From Bacteroidales bacterium (lineage in GTDB: Bacteria > Bacteroidota > Bacteroidia > Bacteroidales > ML635J-15): 64,000 bases of DNA. The notes beneath the pieces are model-generated. The model had not been told where the DNA came from. It made no database searches and saw nothing but the letters and a program-made list of their open reading frames with translations. Below are positions 60,372-64,000 of this stretch, in pieces. Every line of letters begins with the position of its first letter. Position 1 is the first letter of the stretch. Made by a program: the position numbers and the translations under genes. The stretch spans positions 4,332 to 68,331 of the forward strand of contig JAQIBY010000143.1 of assembly GCA_027858835.1 (NCBI GenBank), in the 5' to 3' direction.

Positions 60372-61561
60372 TTTTTCCGAATTAGCATATAGTTTTGATT
60401 ATTTGTGTACCAATGATATCCTAATGAAAAAGGCAAATCCTCATGGTCGTAATCTTCACTACTGTAAGCTTGTTTCAAATCTGTTTGAGTCAAGTTTGCG
60501 CTAAAATCGGAGATTGGTTTTTCATATTTTCCAAATAAGACAAACTCATGTGCGTCTTTATCAAAATATTTAAATGGAATCCCGGTATCATCTTGAAATA
60601 GTGATTGTGTTTTATCCATCAGGATTTCACGAATCGAGCTAAATGTATTGTAATGCATGAGATAAGATGCGGATTTTACAAAACCATTAGATTGTCTCAA
60701 TCCTTTTAAATAAAGCTCAAGTTCAGGGTGTTTTACAAATCCATTATTGGAGATATCGCAATAAAAATAAGTCAATGTTTTAACCCGATTTTCACCATTT
60801 TCTCTAAAGAAAAATCGCACTCCACGATACTCATCATTTGGGATAATCACGGAGTCAGAATATACACTAAGAATTCCATCATCTTCCACTTTTACTGCTT
60901 CAACATCTAAAATTTCATGTCCCGTTCTGGAAAGAAATACATAAAAGATTGGCAATACACCTTCAACCTTTTCACTACCAATGTCTTTAATCATGTTTCC
61001 AGTGATGAAATATGAGCGTTTATAAATATCACGAAGGAAAAAATCAATATTGTGCAAATAGTTTTTATGTTGCTGACTTGTCATTGTTTTAAAATCAGGC
61101 ATTAATCCAATTTTCTCATTGGCAAGAAATACATAGTCGTTTGCATTTGGGAAAAGTGTATAGGCATGTAAAAAATCAGGGCCTGAAAATGGATAAAACA
61201 ATTGCATTGTATCATTAATTTGCTCACTGAAATAATCAGAGACCCATTGTCTCATTGTTGAAAGACGCTTTTCTTCAATCATACTCCAGTTCTTACTAAT
61301 TGTCGTTGAATATTCGTTCCATTCCTCATCGGATAGTTTCCCTTTTGCTTCTGTCAAATCCATTTGACTACCACTCAAATAGTGTGCAATCTGATCATGA
61401 ATACTATCTTTCGTGAAAGACATCTCAGGCTGAAGGCTGTCAATGGTTTCCTGCACTGTATCTTCTTTCGTGTTTTCATTTGTTTGTGCCGGTTTATTAC
61501 ATGCTATAAAAAGAATAGTGGGGGCAATTAATAATAAAAAGTTTTTCATTGTTTTATTCAT
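60368..61561 (-). CDS. Hypothetical lipoprotein
   Basis: 397 aa with lipobox ILFIACNK. It contains a FYPFSGPDFLHAY motif. No family recognised. Confidence 0.55.
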   Translation of the reverse strand: MNKTMKNFLLLIAPTILFIACNKPAQTNENTKEDTVQETIDSLQPEMSFTKDSIHDQIAHYLSGSQMDLTEAKGKLSDEEWNEYSTTISKNWSMIEEKRLSTMRQWVSDYFSEQINDTMQLFYPFSGPDFLHAYTLFPNANDYVFLANEKIGLMPDFKTMTSQQHKNYLHNIDFFLRDIYKRSYFITGNMIKDIGSEKVEGVLPIFYVFLSRTGHEILDVEAVKVEDDGILSVYSDSVIIPNDEYRGVRFFFRENGENRVKTLTYFYCDISNNGFVKHPELELYLKGLRQSNGFVKSASYLMHYNTFSSIREILMDKTQSLFQDDTGIPFKYFDKDAHEFVLFGKYEKPISDFSANLTQTDLKQAYSSEDYDHEDLPFSLGYHWYTNNQNYMLIRKN

Positions 61562-62895
61562 TTAGATTTTCGTTTATCAAAGTATTTACTTAAAAAATAC
61601 ATGCCACTTCCAAGTATTAGGGTTAGTAGGATGGCAAGTAAAATGCCCGGTTTCATTTTTAGGAAAAAGACAATCATCCAACCGGTGAGGATTAAATATA
61701 TTGCTGGTGTTACTGGATATCCCCAGGCTTTATACGGACGCTCTAGTTTTGGTTCTCGAATGCGCAGTACAAAAACACCAAGCACTGCCAGAAATGAGAA
61801 AATACTTAATAATACGGAAGTAAACTCAATTAAATCGCCGAACGAAACAAAAAGTATCATTGGAATGATAAGTCCAAGTTGAAATAAAATTGCAATGTAA
61901 GGCACTTTATTTCTATTTCTTGTGTTGAGAAATTTAAAGAGGCGCATGTCTTCACCAATTGCAGCGCTTACGCGCGGACCTGCCCAAATCATTGAACTAA
62001 TTGCCGAAATCAGGGCAAAGGCAATTAATCCGGAAACGATGGCTGCCCCTGTATGTCCGAACACATTTTGTGCTGCGACATTTCCCACGTCTTTTTGCAA
62101 AGCTAAATCGCTAATTGGCGCAACATACAAAAACATCATATTCAGTAAAACATAAAGCACTGCGACTAGTGCTGTTCCAATGAATAAGGATTTTGGCAAG
62201 TTTTTCCCCGGATTTTCCATGTCGTCAACAATGTAAGCTGCGGCATTCCATCCGGAATATGCTAACATTACCCAAACGAGACTCCCTGCAAATGCCATGG
62301 TAAACATGTCATTAATGCTTTGTTTTGTCGGCGCAAAGCTGATTTGTGAGCCATCTGTTAAGGTAAAACCCAATATAATCAATACAATGATTAAGATAAT
62401 TTTGAAAATGGTAAAAAACTTCTGAAAACGCGAGATTGCTCTTAAATTTTGAAGATGAATGGCAGATATAATAATGGAGATGCCGACTGCGATCACTTTT
62501 TCTTTGATTTGATTTGGGTCTTCACCGCCTAGCATACCAATTGAGTAATCGCCCATGGCTAATGCTGCAGCAGCAATAGGGGCTGCAAATCCTATCATAA
62601 TTGACACCCAACCGGCAAGAAATCCCAATAATGGGTGATATATCCGGGAAAGGAAATTATATTCGCCACCATTACGGGGCAAACTTGCGCCTAACTCGCC
62701 GTATGCAAAGCTGCCGAAAAGGGCAAGCATTCCGCCAACTGCCCAAAGCATAACAATTGTAAAACCGTACTTAAGGTCGATGACCTGATACCCGAGACTT
62801 GTAAAAACTCCGGTTCCTACCATATTTGCAACAACGACAGCAATTGCAGTTGACAGGCCGATTTTATATAAGTTTTGTTTATTCATTCCACACAA
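61558..62895 (-). CDS. APC family amino acid permease
   Basis: 445 aa with about 12 transmembrane spans. GTGVFTSLGY and ELGASLPRNGGEYNF motifs are typical of APC transporters. Confidence 0.8.
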   Translation of the reverse strand: MCGMNKQNLYKIGLSTAIAVVVANMVGTGVFTSLGYQVIDLKYGFTIVMLWAVGGMLALFGSFAYGELGASLPRNGGEYNFLSRIYHPLLGFLAGWVSIMIGFAAPIAAAALAMGDYSIGMLGGEDPNQIKEKVIAVGISIIISAIHLQNLRAISRFQKFFTIFKIILIIVLIILGFTLTDGSQISFAPTKQSINDMFTMAFAGSLVWVMLAYSGWNAAAYIVDDMENPGKNLPKSLFIGTALVAVLYVLLNMMFLYVAPISDLALQKDVGNVAAQNVFGHTGAAIVSGLIAFALISAISSMIWAGPRVSAAIGEDMRLFKFLNTRNRNKVPYIAILFQLGLIIPMILFVSFGDLIEFTSVLLSIFSFLAVLGVFVLRIREPKLERPYKAWGYPVTPAIYLILTGWMIVFFLKMKPGILLAILLTLILGSGMYFLSKYFDKRKSK

Positions 62896-63010
62896 ATTAA
62901 ACTACCCACATAGCGCTAAAAACGAAATCCAAAGATACAATTTGGAAGGATTTCTGCAAGTGCTTAAAATGTGTTTCTTGCGATGATTGACAATTTAGAT
63001 GTTGTATAAA

Positions 63011-63472
63011 TTAATCTGATAGAATTTTAGTGATTTCCTCCGATTCAAATCCTCGTTGTAGCAGAAAGGCATAAAGCTTTTGTTTTGATTTCCAAGGGTC
63101 AGATTCTTTTTTTACAATTTGTTCTCGTTTGTTTTCGGCAAGTTCCCGTAGGATATTTCGGTACTTTTCCATGTCAATTGCATCAATGAATTTACTAATA
63201 ATTGGTTCGGGGATGTGTTTCCCGGATAAGGCATAGCGGATTTTTATTTTTCCCCATTTTAGCAAGTAGCATTTATCATTGATAAAACTTCTTGCAAACC
63301 TTGATTCATCAATAAAACGCTCTTCAATCATAGTATTAATTATGATTTCATGCAAGTGAGAGGGGATTTGCCATTGAAACAGTTTTTTTTGTAAATCATT
63401 CCGGCATTTTTCCCCACGCAGGCAGTAGCGTCTAGCTTTTTCCAGCATTATGTCGAGTTGTGATGCTTCCAC
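63011..63472 (-). CDS. recX: Regulatory protein RecX
   Basis: 153 aa with three-helical-repeat composition. YCLRGEKCRNDLQKKL and IDESRFARSFINDK are typical of RecX. Confidence 0.7.
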   Translation of the reverse strand: MEASQLDIMLEKARRYCLRGEKCRNDLQKKLFQWQIPSHLHEIIINTMIEERFIDESRFARSFINDKCYLLKWGKIKIRYALSGKHIPEPIISKFIDAIDMEKYRNILRELAENKREQIVKKESDPWKSKQKLYAFLLQRGFESEEITKILSD

Positions 63473-63474
63473 AG

Positions 63475-64000
63475 CTAGCTGATATTCATTTCAATTTTGT
63501 ACCCATTGTGGCGACGAATATTGGTTGCAAATCCTTGTCTGAAAATTAGATATTGCCCGCGAATTGCAATTAAGTCTCCGGAAATCTCCTCAGAATCGTC
63601 AAAATGTTGCTGATAGATTTTCGAAAAATCATAAGTCCCCGGATACATGATTTCGGTAATGCGGTTATCTATGCTGAGATATTGAGATAATTCCTCGGGA
63701 AGCAGTGCTGCGAGTCGTTTCTTTTCGGATTTTAAATTAATATCTGAAGGTCCCGATAAAAGCATTTGTTTCCATTGGGTTTTATCCGAAACGTGATCTT
63801 TCAATAAAACTTCTATATCCCCGGCAAGTTTGCGGTATGGTGTTTTCGCAAAGCGGATGGCTTTGGATGCACCTTGGTCAATCCATCGTGTGGGAACTTG
63901 TCTAGCTTTGGTAACCCCAACTTTAAGGTTGCTGGTAATTGCCAGATAGACATAATGATCAACCAAGCTATTTTGTTTTGCCCACTCCATATCGCGGGAA
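63475..64000 (-). CDS. DUF2797-like protein, 5' end probably outside the window
   Basis: The reading frame stays open upstream of the track Met through to the window edge. HYVYLAITSNLKVGVT...RWIDQGA recalls DUF2797. Partial. Confidence 0.45.
   Translation of the reverse strand, partial: SRDMEWAKQNSLVDHYVYLAITSNLKVGVTKARQVPTRWIDQGASKAIRFAKTPYRKLAGDIEVLLKDHVSDKTQWKQMLLSGPSDINLKSEKKRLAALLPEELSQYLSIDNRITEIMYPGTYDFSKIYQQHFDDSEEISGDLIAIRGQYLIFRQGFATNIRRHNGYKIEMNIS

Overview
This 64-kb window looks like chromosomal DNA from a low-GC Bacteroidota-type genome. Supporting signs are a T9SS-type C-terminal sorting domain, a fused SecDF, an S46/DPP7-type peptidase, L31 type B and TAnnTTTG-like promoter motifs. 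Most of it is ordinary housekeeping: U32 peptidase-lon, rpmE2, tsaB, a TolC/adaptor pair, a TonB-dependent-like barrel, tRNA-Asn, adenosine kinase, deoxynucleoside kinase, secDF, a sigma-54 activator-lptE-TPR-secG cluster, uvrB, sufB-orf-sufC-sufD, three secreted nucleases, ppx, an ABC-2 pair, pyrE, two Fe/Mn SODs, groEL without groES, S46 peptidase, rlmN, an APC permease and recX. No CRISPR array, cas genes, rRNA, integrase or transposase gene could be supported. Five places do not look ordinary. (1) A GxxExxY / PD-(D/E)XK-like gene sits inside a strictly 123-bp-periodic hairpin repeat array directly after sufD, where sufS is commonly found. (2) A small GIY-YIG nuclease gene lies next to tRNA-Asn, bracketed by a 16-nt exact duplication of the tRNA anticodon arm. 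(3) A roughly 326-bp MITE-like element with about 21-bp terminal inverted repeats separates a signal-peptide stub from a C-terminal domain ORF. (4) A 46-bp version made only of the two inverted repeats sits exactly where an AbiEii toxin gene is truncated at the left edge. (5) Next to that, a roughly 300-nt, about 50% GC, helix-rich non-coding block looks like an unassigned structured RNA. All product calls come from motif recognition by eye. No database search was run.
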